A stretch of DNA of 61,900 nucleotides, counting the filler, from Candidatus Zapsychrus exili (GTDB lineage Bacteria > Omnitrophota > Gorgyraeia > Zapsychrales > Zapsychraceae): the NCBI GenBank assembly GCA_030765585.1. It is 7 parts of 7 records of this genome, joined end to end, with 100 filler letters (N's around TTAATTAATTAA, not from the genome) between each part and the next. Parts side by side here need not be neighbours in the genome. Positions count along the whole stretch, not along the records: positions 33,012 to 51,805 come from JAVCCJ010000005.1; 6 more parts are not named here. One strand, given 5' to 3'. Positions 36,158 to 46,751 of this stretch are shown one piece after another (the first letter of the stretch is position 1; every line of letters starts with the position of its first letter). The notes beneath the pieces were generated by a model, which saw only the letters and a program-made list of their open reading frames with translations, ran no database searches and was not told where the DNA came from. A program made the position numbers and the translations under genes.

Positions 36158-38215
36158 TTACCTTTTACCCTTATCCTTAGTCTCTGTAATCTCTTCTATT
36201 GCCCAATATGTTACATCTAACAATTTCTTTATTTGATCTATATCTATTGAAAGAGGTGGCATAAGAACAATTACATTCCCTAGTGGACGCAATATTATAC
36301 CTCTTTCTCTTACTTTCTGACAAACACTAACGCCGACTCTCTTTTCCCATTTAAAAGGCTCTTTTGTTTTCTTATCCGCAACCAATTCAATGCCTATAAT
36401 AAATCCTTTTTGCCTAATATCGCCTACATGCTTTAAATTATGAAATCTCTTCAATCCTTGTTTAAAAAGTTTTATCTTAGGCCTTAATCTCTCTATCGTC
36501 TTTTGCTTTTTAAAAATATCTATGTTTGCAAGTGCCGCCGCGCAGCTTAAAGGATTTCCAGTGTAAGTATGCCCATGAAAAAATGTTTTCTGTTTCTTAT
36601 AATCAAACAAAAATCCTTTATATATTTTATCCGTTGTAAGTGTTGCTGCCAAAGGTAAATATCCCGCTGTAATACCTTTTGCTAAACACATTATATCCGG
36701 CTTAACGCTTTCGTGATTACAGGCAAACATTTTCCCTGTCCGACCAAATCCTGTCGCAACTTCATCAACGATGAAAATAACTTTATACTTTTTACAAAGC
36801 TCCTCCATTTTCTTTAAAACGCCACGAGGCCAAACAATTATGCCTGCTGCACCTTGAACAATAGGTTCAACCACAAAAGCCGCAATTTGCTTGTGCTTGG
36901 CTTTAAGAAGTTTCTCAAACTTTCCTAAACATTCAAATGCATAATCAGGATATGCCTTACCCTTTGGCGCCCTATAACAATCTGGAAAACCTATTTTTAT
37001 AGTTTCAAAAATAAGATTACGATATACCTTATGAAATATATCAATTCCTCCGACGCTTACACTCCCTAAAGTATCTCCATGATAAGAATTTTCTAAATGA
37101 GCTATTTTTATCTTTTTCTTCTGTCCAACATTTTGCCAATATTGATATGCTATTTTTATTGCAATCTCAACAGATGTTGAGCCATTGTCAGAATAAAAAA
37201 CTTTGTTTAAACCCGAAGGCGAAATCTCAACTAATCTCTTTGCAAGTTCAATTGATACAGTAGAGCCAAGACCCAACAACGTCGAGTGGCTTACCTTATC
37301 AATCTGATTGCGAATAGCAGCATCAACTTCTTTATTTCTATGCCCGTGAACATTTACCCAAAGACTTGATACGCCATCAATATATCTTTTACCATCTGTA
37401 TCAATTAAATAATTGCCTTCCGCTTGATCAATCACCAGAGGATCTTGCGCTCGCCAATCTTTCATTTGAGTAAAAGGATGCCACAAATATTTCTTATCCC
37501 AATTAATAAGCTCTTTTGTGCGACTTTTTTTAGTATATGATAATATTCTTTTTAGCTTTATTTCTGACTTACACTGTTTAACAATATTCTTTTGGCCAAA
37601 ACTCTTTAAATAAGGAATAGTGCCTAGTATTGGAATATTCCCAAGCTTCTTTATAATCTCTGGATTAGTTTTCTCTGGTATCCCCTTTAAACATTTCTTT
37701 GTTTCATTAAAAATAACACCGCAAACCTTTATACCTAAACTTTTAGCCTGGCTTATGGTGAGTAGGGTATGATTTATTGTACCCAAACTTAGACGAGAAA
37801 CTATAATGACCTCTAAATCTAAATCTTTTATTAAGTCAGATACCAGGTAATTCTTTTTTATAGGAACCATCAAGCCACCTACGCCCTCGACTAAAGTAAC
37901 ATCATGATTTCCTTTGATTGTTTTATATGCCTTTATAATCTTTTTTACATCTATCTCTTTTTTTGCTCTAGCAAAAGCTAAATTAGGACTCAGAGGCTCA
38001 TCAACATAATAGGGATTTATATCTTTGATATCATCTTGAATATCTAGTTTTGTTTTTAGAAATTTTGCATCATTACCCGAACAGGCAATAGGCTTCATTA
38101 CGCCTACATCAATACCTTTTTTCTTCAATATTGCACCAATTGCCAATGTTGCAATTGTTTTACCTACGTCAGTATCGGTTCCTGTTATAAAGATAGCTTT
38201 TTTGCTTCTGCCCAT
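36158..38215 (-). CDS. bioDA: Fused dethiobiotin synthase / DAPA aminotransferase (BioD-BioA)
   Basis: N-terminal ITGTDTDVGKT..VEGVGG..LGTINHT; C-terminal WHPFTQM, DEVATGFGRTG, AKGITAGYLP. Confidence 0.92.
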   Translation of the reverse strand: MGRSKKAIFITGTDTDVGKTIATLAIGAILKKKGIDVGVMKPIACSGNDAKFLKTKLDIQDDIKDINPYYVDEPLSPNLAFARAKKEIDVKKIIKAYKTIKGNHDVTLVEGVGGLMVPIKKNYLVSDLIKDLDLEVIIVSRLSLGTINHTLLTISQAKSLGIKVCGVIFNETKKCLKGIPEKTNPEIIKKLGNIPILGTIPYLKSFGQKNIVKQCKSEIKLKRILSYTKKSRTKELINWDKKYLWHPFTQMKDWRAQDPLVIDQAEGNYLIDTDGKRYIDGVSSLWVNVHGHRNKEVDAAIRNQIDKVSHSTLLGLGSTVSIELAKRLVEISPSGLNKVFYSDNGSTSVEIAIKIAYQYWQNVGQKKKIKIAHLENSYHGDTLGSVSVGGIDIFHKVYRNLIFETIKIGFPDCYRAPKGKAYPDYAFECLGKFEKLLKAKHKQIAAFVVEPIVQGAAGIIVWPRGVLKKMEELCKKYKVIFIVDEVATGFGRTGKMFACNHESVKPDIMCLAKGITAGYLPLAATLTTDKIYKGFLFDYKKQKTFFHGHTYTGNPLSCAAALANIDIFKKQKTIERLRPKIKLFKQGLKRFHNLKHVGDIRQKGFIIGIELVADKKTKEPFKWEKRVGVSVCQKVRERGIILRPLGNVIVLMPPLSIDIDQIKKLLDVTYWAIEEITETKDKGKR

Positions 38216-38970
38216 ATTACCTCTAAAGTTGCGTAAACGCTTTTTTCGTGTTTAAAGTTATCCTCGTAATATTGCCCTGTTCTTTTGAGCAAATCTTTGC
38301 CTACATAAAAATTATGATTAAGAAGATTAGCTCCAATGCCTTTTATCCATTTTAAAAGTGACATCATATCATCAAACTTTAATTTAAAAGTTTGACTTTT
38401 AACTTCAACATTTGAAAATCCAGCCCTTAACAAAGCATCAGATACTTTGGTGTCTTCAATTAACCTATCAATAGATATATCAGATTTATCTCTATGAGAT
38501 CTCTTCAAAGAAACAAAAAGCTCGTCGAAAGTATTTTTTCCGAACATAGATAATACTATCTTTCCATTTGGTTTCAATTGCGTATAGCAACTAGAAAAAG
38601 CTTTTGTTAGATCGTCTACCCATTGATAAGCCAAATTAGATACTATAATATCAAAAAACTCATCCTTAAAAGGAAGTTCTTTTGCGTCGGCTTGCACAAT
38701 AGCAAAACTTTTATTCGTCTTTTTTGCAACATTAACCATTCCAAAAGAAGAATCAACTCCAATTATGTTAGAACGTTTAAAAGTATCTGCTAGTCTTTCT
38801 GTAATCCATCCTGTACCCATTCCAACGTCAAGAATATTAATATCGCCATCTAATTCTTCAATCTTTTTTATAAGCCCAAGACCAACTTCTTTATGAAACT
38901 GCGTTAAACTTTCATACTGGCCAGAGGCAAAAGAGAATGAATCCTGAATTTTCTTATGAGACATAATCAT
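38185..38970 (-). CDS. bioC: Malonyl-ACP O-methyltransferase
   Basis: ILDVGMGTG, SNLAYQW; within the bio operon. Confidence 0.85.
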   Translation of the reverse strand: MIMSHKKIQDSFSFASGQYESLTQFHKEVGLGLIKKIEELDGDINILDVGMGTGWITERLADTFKRSNIIGVDSSFGMVNVAKKTNKSFAIVQADAKELPFKDEFFDIIVSNLAYQWVDDLTKAFSSCYTQLKPNGKIVLSMFGKNTFDELFVSLKRSHRDKSDISIDRLIEDTKVSDALLRAGFSNVEVKSQTFKLKFDDMMSLLKWIKGIGANLLNHNFYVGKDLLKRTGQYYEDNFKHEKSVYATLEVIWAEAKKLSL

Positions 38971-39776
38971 TAGCTTGTTTCCCTCATAAATTCCTCTAGT
39001 AATCCATTAAATTCATACGCTTTACTTAAAAATGGAAAATGACCACACTCTTCAAAGAAGCAATATCTCGCGCTCGGCAATATTTCCTTAATGATATTAA
39101 CTGATTCTTGTCTGCAAATAGTATCTTCGCGACCATTAATAAATTGCGTTGGAATATCAACTTCTCTTAAAACCTCCCTTAAATCTTCTACTTCTAATAT
39201 GTCTAAGCATTCTATTAAGGCATCTTGCATTGGAGGTTTATCATCGCGTCTAAATCTCTGCAGCCATTTATAACGCCTAGTTTGTCGCTCTTGTTTTGTA
39301 AAAAGAGATCTAAAAAAAATATTTAATATAGAAGGATAGTCTTCTTTAATTTGCTTGCCTAACTTACGCATCTGCTCCATATCCAAACCATAAGGATAAT
39401 CATCCGCTCTTGAAAACTTAGGGGCGCTTCCGACAAAGACAAGCCTCTTAAATCCTTCAGGAAAAAGATCATAAATCTTAAGAGCAACTAAACCGCCTAA
39501 AGAGCTTCCGACAACGGTTATCTTATCTATATCCAAACTTTCTAAAATCTGATTTATGTCCTCTGCTATTTGCGTTAATTCAACTTTCTTAAATTTGCTT
39601 AATCCATGTCCTGGCAGATCAACAGATATTACATTATAATTGCGTGAGAAATGTTTCTGCTGCTGACGCCAAATGCGCCTATCAACTCCCCAACCATGAA
39701 TAAACAAGAGGGGATCTCCACGACCCACTGTATCAAAATACCACTCTATACCACTATTAGTTGTTAAATGAGGCAT
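38970..39776 (-). CDS. bioH: Pimeloyl-ACP methyl ester carboxylesterase (alpha/beta hydrolase)
   Basis: HGWG, DLPGHG, GSSLGG, GHFPFL; within the bio operon. Confidence 0.82.
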   Translation of the reverse strand: MPHLTTNSGIEWYFDTVGRGDPLLFIHGWGVDRRIWRQQQKHFSRNYNVISVDLPGHGLSKFKKVELTQIAEDINQILESLDIDKITVVGSSLGGLVALKIYDLFPEGFKRLVFVGSAPKFSRADDYPYGLDMEQMRKLGKQIKEDYPSILNIFFRSLFTKQERQTRRYKWLQRFRRDDKPPMQDALIECLDILEVEDLREVLREVDIPTQFINGREDTICRQESVNIIKEILPSARYCFFEECGHFPFLSKAYEFNGLLEEFMRETS

Positions 39777-40960
39777 AATTTCTTTCCCTCTTTTCTTATT
39801 TTATCAACCAAGAAATCTAGGTCTTTTTTCTTATGTGTTGCCATAACAGTTAAGCGCAATCGCGCTGTGTCTTTTGGCACCGTCGGAGGTCTTATCGCAC
39901 TAATAAATATACCTTCTTTAAATAAAGCTTTTGACAATTCAACTGCCTTCTTTGCATCTTTCACCAAAATTGGAATAATTGGCGTCTGAGAATTCATTGT
40001 ATCAAATCCTAAGTCTTTCAAAGCTTGTTGCAAATATCTAGTATTTTCCCAAAGCTTAGTTTTTAAACTAGAGTCCTCTTCTATAATCTCAAAAGATTTT
40101 AAAGCTGCTGCTGCAATAGCTGGAGGCATACCTGTTGTATAAACAAAACTCCTTGCCTTATTAATAAGAAAGGAAACAAGATTACTACTTCCAACAACAT
40201 ATGCGCCAAAGCAACCTATTGCTTTTGACAATGTTCCCATTTGTATATCTATGTCTTTTTCTACATCAAAATATTCAGCCAAGCCGCGACCATTCTTACC
40301 CATAACGCCTAATGCGTGCGCTTCATCTATCATTACAGAACAATTATATTTCTTCGCTAACTCAACTATTTTATCTAGCGGAGCTATATCTCCATCCATA
40401 CTAAAAACACTGTCAGTTATTATTACTTTTTTATTACCACTCTGCTCTCGCTTTAACATTTCCTCTAATGTTTTCATACACAAATGAGGATATCTTTTAA
40501 GCTTCGCCTGACTTAGAAGTATTCCATCAACAATTGAAGCATGATTTAACCTATCAGAAAATATAATATCATCGCGAGAAAATAAACTCGATATTATTCC
40601 GACATTTGCCATATAGCCAGTGCTAAATAATAAACACTTTTCTTTTCCCTTAAAATCAGCTATTTTCTGCTCTAGCTTCTGATGAGCCGCCATATTTCCA
40701 CACACAAGCCTAGACGCTGAAGACCCAACGCCCTCTTCTTCTATACAATCTATCGCCGCGTGTTTAAGCGAATCCCTTGCTGCTAGACCTAAATAATTAT
40801 TTGAACAAAAATTTAAAACTTCTTTGCCTTCGATATATATTGAAGGACCCTGCGGACCTAAAACATTCTTTAGCTCTCTTTTAAGATCATTTTTGTCTAA
40901 ACTTAAGACTGCATCTTCTAGAAATTTATCAAGTATTTTCATAATATTAATTGTAAACAA
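39764..40960 (-). CDS. bioF: 8-amino-7-oxononanoate synthase
   Basis: SNNYLGL, NHASIVDG, DSVFSMDGD, DEAH, GTLSKA, IRPPTVP. Confidence 0.95.
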   Translation of the reverse strand: MFTINIMKILDKFLEDAVLSLDKNDLKRELKNVLGPQGPSIYIEGKEVLNFCSNNYLGLAARDSLKHAAIDCIEEEGVGSSASRLVCGNMAAHQKLEQKIADFKGKEKCLLFSTGYMANVGIISSLFSRDDIIFSDRLNHASIVDGILLSQAKLKRYPHLCMKTLEEMLKREQSGNKKVIITDSVFSMDGDIAPLDKIVELAKKYNCSVMIDEAHALGVMGKNGRGLAEYFDVEKDIDIQMGTLSKAIGCFGAYVVGSSNLVSFLINKARSFVYTTGMPPAIAAAALKSFEIIEEDSSLKTKLWENTRYLQQALKDLGFDTMNSQTPIIPILVKDAKKAVELSKALFKEGIFISAIRPPTVPKDTARLRLTVMATHKKKDLDFLVDKIRKEGKKLCLI

Positions 40961-41900
40961 TATCTCCGGACATTCTTTTTATAATATTGCCTTCCTCTGT
41001 TTTTATAACAAGTCCACCGTAGGAGTCTATATCAAGTGCCTTGCCCTTTATATCGCCAGACACATCTCTTAAAATGATTTGTTTACCTAAAGTCATACTA
41101 AGCTCACGCCAACGATTTATTATTTTATCTTTATCTCCGCTCAAAAAAATCTCATACCAAAATTCGAGACGCTGCAAAACTTGTTTAAATAAAGCAACTT
41201 TTGTTATATCTTTTCTTCCTTCAAGATAAACAGATGTAGCCTCTATGTCTTTAGGAAAACTCGTATTGCTTACATTAATACCAATACCAATAACAATAAA
41301 CTTAATCGAATCCATCTCAGCATTCATCTCTGTTAAAATACCAGCAATCTTTTTATTGCCAACAAGCACATCATTGGGCCATTTTATAAAAGCCTTAAGG
41401 TCCGCCACCTCTCTGATTGCCTCACAAACACAAATACCTGCTATTAATGTTAGCAAAGAGGACTCTTGTGGTGCTATTTTTGGACGAAGAATTATAGACG
41501 CATAAATACCTTTAGACTTTACAGAAGACCAGTTGCGCTGCATACGCCCGCGACCTTTTGTTTGCTTGTCTGTGCAAACAGCTGTCCCTTCTTCCGCACC
41601 TTTTTGAGCAAATTCAAAAGCCAAATCCATAGTAGAAGGCAGTTCTTCTGCATAAACCACTCTTTTCCCTAAATATTTAGCAGGAAAATCCCAATTTACT
41701 TCCCAACCAAGCAATTTATCTGGAGAACTTTTAAGATGATAGCCTTTATGAGATGCGGCCTCAATTACATACCCCATGTCTCTTAATTCACTTATATGTT
41801 TCCAAATAGCACTGCGGCTAATCTTAACAATTCGGCTAATTTCCTCTCCAGAGCAAAAATTACCATTATATTTAAGTAAATCTATAATCTTATCTTTCAT
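40947..41900 (-). CDS. birA: Bifunctional biotin repressor / ligase
   Basis: N-terminal HTH SGEEIS..ISRSAIWKHI, QTKGRGR, KWPND, KIAGIL. Confidence 0.96.
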   Translation of the reverse strand: MKDKIIDLLKYNGNFCSGEEISRIVKISRSAIWKHISELRDMGYVIEAASHKGYHLKSSPDKLLGWEVNWDFPAKYLGKRVVYAEELPSTMDLAFEFAQKGAEEGTAVCTDKQTKGRGRMQRNWSSVKSKGIYASIILRPKIAPQESSLLTLIAGICVCEAIREVADLKAFIKWPNDVLVGNKKIAGILTEMNAEMDSIKFIVIGIGINVSNTSFPKDIEATSVYLEGRKDITKVALFKQVLQRLEFWYEIFLSGDKDKIINRWRELSMTLGKQIILRDVSGDIKGKALDIDSYGGLVIKTEEGNIIKRMSGDIVYN

Positions 41901-41930
41901 AGTAAGATTATAATAAGAATTTTTAGGCCT

Positions 41931-41964
41931 ATTGTCAACCTAAAACGCTATTAAGGTTGACAAT
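41931..41964. promoter_or_regulatory. BirA operator (bioO)
   Basis: ATTGTCAACC-N14-GGTTGACAAT matches the TGTnAACC-N14/16-GGTTnACA consensus, upstream of birA-bio operon. Confidence 0.88.
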
Positions 41965-42144
41965 TAAAACATCTCTCGTCGATATACATAGCCTCTAAAA
42001 AATACCTGAATTCGGTCCGCGCGGACCGAATTGAAGATTAAGCCCATTTACAGCTTAAAAAGCTCTATTATCCGCAATATAAAGCTGTAAAGATATATGT
42101 AATTGACAATGAAACAAGGCAATGATATATTGAGGGACTTATTG

Positions 42145-42220
<76 letters not shown>

Positions 42221-42445
42221 GTCTACGCTCAAAAAATTTCGTGTTTGAGCTTCACAGAAACAAGCATAGCGTAAACATAATGATTACTATTTTAGCGAAC
42301 GCAGCAGAAAGCTTCTTCGTTTTTATTATCTAGAAAGATTCGCAGGATTATAGGTGGTGGTTCAGCTTTCTACATTTATATTTTAGAAAAGAAAGTTGTC
42401 CCAGCGCGAGGCGAATTACATTATTTTTATTGTTTAGAAAGATTC

Positions 42446-42531
42446 GCCGAAGTGGTGGAATGGCATACACGTCGGTCTCAAAAACCGATGCCTTTACGGG
42501 CTTGTGGGTTCGAATCCCACCTTCGGCACCA
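42446..42531 (+). tRNA. tRNA-Leu(CAA)
   Basis: GCCGAAGTGGTGGAATGG..., TCGGT-CTCAAAA-ACCGA, long variable arm, GGTTCGAATCC, CCA. Confidence 0.96.
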
Positions 42532-42534
42532 ATT

Positions 42535-42572
42535 ATAAAAAGGCATATACCTTAAGGTATATGCCTTTTTAT
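42535..42572. terminator. Bidirectional terminator between tRNA-Leu and rlmN
   Basis: ATAAAAAGGCATATACC-ttaa-GGTATATGCCTTTTTAT. Confidence 0.85.
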
Positions 42573-42609
42573 CTTTAACAAAAACACAAATTATTTGCTG
42601 CCTCACACT

Positions 42610-43656
42610 TTAATATTTCGTTCTTAACTGTCCACAGGCAGCTGAAATATCTGACCCTCTAGGAGCTCTTAAAGTGCAGTGAACCCCTAATTTAGTTAAT
42701 CTATCCTTAAACAAAATTGCCTGACCCTTATCTACAGGCTCGTATCCAAACTCCTCAACCTTATTATAAGAAATAAAATTTACCTTAAAAAGACCTTCTC
42801 TTAAAAGCCTTCCTAATTCATCTACACATTCATTTGTGGCAGTCAAATCTTTAATTAATATATACTCGAAAGTGATCTGCCTATTAGTTTCTTTAGAATA
42901 TTCCTTTAAAGCAACAATTAAATCTTTAAGAGGATATATCTTGTTCACTGGCATCAATTGAGTTCTTATTTTATCATTCGATCCGTGCAAAGAAACTGAA
43001 AGCTCTATTTGTAACCCTAAAGATATTAACTTTTTAATTTGAGGAATTAAACCGCAAGTAGATATCGTAATACGTCTTGCTGCAATATTTAAAGCATCTT
43101 TTGAATTTATTATCTTTATCGCTTTTATAACATTATCATAATTATCCAACGGTTCGCCAACACCCATAAACACAATATGGGTAAGCTCTCTTTCTCCTAA
43201 AATACTTTTTACATAAATTATTTGCGATAATATCTCTGCAGAACTTAGATCCCTTTTAAAGCCATTTATACCGCTTGCACAAAACTTACAAGCATACTTA
43301 CACCCTGCTTGTGTTGAAATGCAAACTGTAACACGCTTTGACGTAGGAATTATAACTGTCTCTATTTTCTGTTTATCTTCTAGCTCAAATAAAATCTTAG
43401 TAATTTTATCTGTTGATATTTCTTTCTTGATAGAATCTGTTACGGGAAACTTGAAATTTTCTTTAAGCTTATCTCTGAAAACAGCTGACAAATTAGTCAT
43501 TTTTTCAAAATCATCTACTGACCTTTGATATATCCATTCGAAAATCTGTCCAGCGCGATATGACTTTTCACCCAAAGCAAAAAGACGCTGCACTAATTCA
43601 TCTAAAGATAAATTTAAAATATCTTGTTTATCTGTTGAGTTGATATATTTTGTCAT
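42610..43656 (-). CDS. rlmN: 23S rRNA/tRNA m2A methyltransferase
   Basis: CISTQAGCKYACKFCASG, FMGVGEP, DISAACGQL. Confidence 0.96.
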   Translation of the reverse strand: MTKYINSTDKQDILNLSLDELVQRLFALGEKSYRAGQIFEWIYQRSVDDFEKMTNLSAVFRDKLKENFKFPVTDSIKKEISTDKITKILFELEDKQKIETVIIPTSKRVTVCISTQAGCKYACKFCASGINGFKRDLSSAEILSQIIYVKSILGERELTHIVFMGVGEPLDNYDNVIKAIKIINSKDALNIAARRITISTCGLIPQIKKLISLGLQIELSVSLHGSNDKIRTQLMPVNKIYPLKDLIVALKEYSKETNRQITFEYILIKDLTATNECVDELGRLLREGLFKVNFISYNKVEEFGYEPVDKGQAILFKDRLTKLGVHCTLRAPRGSDISAACGQLRTKY

Positions 43657-43665
43657 TTGTAAGTT

Positions 43666-44631
43666 TTAAGTAGGGTTTCCGCCAGATGAAAATACGCCCA
43701 TCTTACGGAATCTGTTATAACGATGATCAAGAACTTCTTCAGCAGATAAAAACGATAACTCATTAACATGTTTCAAAAGAGCATTTTTAAGACTTTCTGC
43801 ACAGGATACAGGATCTTTATGTGCGCCGCCTAGCGGCTCAGGGATTATATCATCTACAATGCCATGCTTTATAAGATTTTCACCTGTTATTTTAAGGGCT
43901 TCTGCGGCTTCTGGTGCTTTAACAGCATTTCTCCATAAAATAGAAGCACATCCTTCTGGAGATATAACAGAATAGTAGGCGTGCTCTAATATACAAACTT
44001 TATTAGCGACCCCTATACCTAAGGCTCCACCACTTCCACCTTCACCAATAACAGTTGCGACAATAGGCGTTTTGACTCTCGACATATCCTTCAAATTAGA
44101 GGCAATTGCCTGTGCTTGTCCTCTTTCTTCAGCTCCAATTCCAGGATAAGCGCCTGGCGTATCAATAAAGATTATAATAGGAAGATGAAATTTATCAGCC
44201 ATCTCCATCAGTCTCATTGCTTTTCTATATCCTTCAGGATGAGCACAACCAAAATTACGCATTATATTTTCTTTGGTGTCTTTTCCTTTTTGATGTCCGA
44301 TTACCATAACCTTATAATTCCCTAATTTTGCAAAGCCTCCAACAATAGCAGAATCATCAGCAAATTCTCTATCGCCATGTACCTCAACAAAATCAGTCAT
44401 TATCATATGAATATAATCAAGAGTATACGGCCTGTCTGGATGACGTGCAATTTGCACTCTTTGCCATATACCAAGCTTGCCATAAATTTCTTCTCTTAGC
44501 TTATTAAGCTTCTCAGTTAGAACTTTTATCTCAGGATTGATAGCAATATTCTGATCAGTTCCAAATGTCTTTAGCTCTTGAATTTTAGTTTCTAATTCAA
44601 ATATAGGTTTTTCAAATTCTAAAACACTCAT
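43666..44631 (-). CDS. accA: Acetyl-CoA carboxylase carboxyltransferase alpha
   Basis: ARHPDRP, PEGYRKA, GEGGSGGAL, YSVISPEGCASILW. Confidence 0.97.
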   Translation of the reverse strand: MSVLEFEKPIFELETKIQELKTFGTDQNIAINPEIKVLTEKLNKLREEIYGKLGIWQRVQIARHPDRPYTLDYIHMIMTDFVEVHGDREFADDSAIVGGFAKLGNYKVMVIGHQKGKDTKENIMRNFGCAHPEGYRKAMRLMEMADKFHLPIIIFIDTPGAYPGIGAEERGQAQAIASNLKDMSRVKTPIVATVIGEGGSGGALGIGVANKVCILEHAYYSVISPEGCASILWRNAVKAPEAAEALKITGENLIKHGIVDDIIPEPLGGAHKDPVSCAESLKNALLKHVNELSFLSAEEVLDHRYNRFRKMGVFSSGGNPT

Positions 44632-44636
44632 AATTT

Positions 44637-45443
44637 TTAATCTACAATCATTACTTTTGTTTTTAATGGAACTATACTATAAAGCTCTTCTACATCAATA
44701 TTTAACATCCTGACACATCCAGCTGTTGCTTGTTGACCGATGGTCTCTGGTTCTACTGTACCATGAATTCCATATCCTGACATATCAAACCCAAGCCAAC
44801 GACTGCCTAATACATTTTGAGGGCTTTCAGGCGGAACAACAACTCCACGATTAAACCACACAGGATCTACCAGCTTTATTGTAACCTTAAACTCTCCTGT
44901 AGGAGTGCTTGAATCTTGACCTGTCGACACAGAATAAACCTTCAATACTTCATCGCCATCTTTTAATGTTAATATATTCTGAGATTTATCAACGAATATA
45001 TTTAAGTCACCTGTCCAAATGCGTAACCTCTGGCCAATTCTTATAATATCACTTTTAAGATTATTTTTAACCTTTATTAGCTGAACTGTTGTTCCATATT
45101 TTTTGGCTAATTCTCCTAAGGTGTCTCCACTCTTTACTTCATGTTCAACGGTTTTCTCGCTTAAGGCATTAGAGAAAATAATATCCATATTCAAAACTTC
45201 TAACTCTCTTTGAACTTCAATAATATTTTCATAATCAGGATATTGAGATAATATTTTTTGATATAACAACTTTGCGGCAGATTTATCGTTTTCTAATGCT
45301 TGCCTGGCTTGGTTATAAACCTCTTGAGCCTCTGAATCCATTGAAGGTTCTATGCCTACAAAGCCCTTATTTTTAGCAGATATGCCAACCCACAATAAAA
45401 CAACAACAATAATTGCTGCAGCTATTATTATATTTCTTCTCAA
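44637..45443 (-). CDS. LysM + YkuD L,D-transpeptidase
   Basis: HEVKSGDTLGELAKKYG (LysM); YGIHGT..ATAGCVRM. Confidence 0.92.
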   Translation of the reverse strand: MRRNIIIAAAIIVVVLLWVGISAKNKGFVGIEPSMDSEAQEVYNQARQALENDKSAAKLLYQKILSQYPDYENIIEVQRELEVLNMDIIFSNALSEKTVEHEVKSGDTLGELAKKYGTTVQLIKVKNNLKSDIIRIGQRLRIWTGDLNIFVDKSQNILTLKDGDEVLKVYSVSTGQDSSTPTGEFKVTIKLVDPVWFNRGVVVPPESPQNVLGSRWLGFDMSGYGIHGTVEPETIGQQATAGCVRMLNIDVEELYSIVPLKTKVMIVD

Positions 45444-45458
45444 TGTATACCCCCTATA

Positions 45459-45902
45459 TTACCAAATCTTGTAAAAAAATATTGCTAAAACAAGTCCTAA
45501 AATAGAACCTATTATTACCTGTAACGGCGTATGACCTATGAGCTCCAGAAGCCTTCCGCTCTCTATCTTTCCCTTCCAATACATATCATCTAATATCTTA
45601 TTTAATATAGCTGCTTGTTCTCCTGCCGAACGTCTTACTCCTTGAGCATCAAACATAGTAACCATAGCAAATACAGCAGCTAATGCAAAAAAGACAGAGC
45701 CGAAACCTGTTTCTAATCCACAAGTTACAGCTAATGCAGTTGCGCCAGCGGCATGGCTTGAAGGCATGCCTCCAGTTCCAATAAGCCACTTAAAATTAAA
45801 TCTTTTCTCTTTTACGATTCCAATAGTCACTTTAATACCTTGAGCTATTGCCCAAACCAAAAGTGTTATCATTAATATCTTGTTTCCAAAGAATGCGTTC
45901 AA
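45459..45902 (-). CDS. Divergent PAP2 family (DUF212) membrane protein
   Basis: GGMPSSH, DAQGVRR, ELIGHTP. Confidence 0.9.
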   Translation of the reverse strand: MNAFFGNKILMITLLVWAIAQGIKVTIGIVKEKRFNFKWLIGTGGMPSSHAAGATALAVTCGLETGFGSVFFALAAVFAMVTMFDAQGVRRSAGEQAAILNKILDDMYWKGKIESGRLLELIGHTPLQVIIGSILGLVLAIFFYKIW

Positions 45903-46175
45903 AATATTTGTCTCCCTAAATATAATCCCAAATAAATACTTATCTAATCTTAATTATAATATTTATAAAAATTAATAGTAGATAGGTGCAATTTTCAAGA
46001 TTGACTAAAATACTAATTTATGTTAGCTTACATTATAATATCGGGCTTAAAAAAAGCAAGGCTTTTTGCCCTACTCCCCCACATTAGAATTATCACTCGA
46101 TTTCCCCAGAATTTATAACAAATATCCCCCAAATTATACACAAAATGACTCTAATTACAAGTAAGGGGGATACTA

Positions 46176-46751
46176 ATGTCTACAAAGAAATCAGTCCAAC
46201 AAATCTCAGAAGAAATAATTAAAAACAAAATATTTCTTATCCGAAGTAAGAAAGTTATGCTTGATCGTGATCTGGCGCAACTTTATGGCGTTGAAACCAA
46301 AGCTTTAAATCAAGCTGTTAAACGCAATATCAGACGTTTTCCTAAAGACTTCATGTTTCGACTTTCAAAAAAAGAAGCTAAAACGCTGGTCACAAATTGT
46401 GACCGGTTAGCCCCTCTGAAACATTCAACAGCAACGTCTTCTGCTTTTACTGAACAAGGCGTTGCAATGTTATCAAGCGTATTAAACAGCGAAAGAGCAA
46501 TACAAGTCAACATAATGATAATGCGCACATTTACTCAATTGAGAAAACTCATGAAAACCCATTCCGAAATAAAACAGAAAATAGAAGAAATAGAAAACAA
46601 ATACGATTATCAATTTAAAGTAGTATTTGAGGCGATTAAAAAAATATTTGAGCCGTCAAAAAAATCTAAACCGCAAATAGGTTTTAAACAAAACATAAAA
46701 CACAAAGGGAGAAATACATTATGCTCGCAAAAACATACAGCTACGGAATAA
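46176..46751 (+). CDS. ORF6N-domain DNA-binding protein
   Basis: VMLDRDLAQLYGVETKALNQAVKRN..RFP.DFMF, AFTEQGVAMLSSVLNS. Confidence 0.92.
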   Translation: MSTKKSVQQISEEIIKNKIFLIRSKKVMLDRDLAQLYGVETKALNQAVKRNIRRFPKDFMFRLSKKEAKTLVTNCDRLAPLKHSTATSSAFTEQGVAMLSSVLNSERAIQVNIMIMRTFTQLRKLMKTHSEIKQKIEEIENKYDYQFKVVFEAIKKIFEPSKKSKPQIGFKQNIKHKGRNTLCSQKHTATE

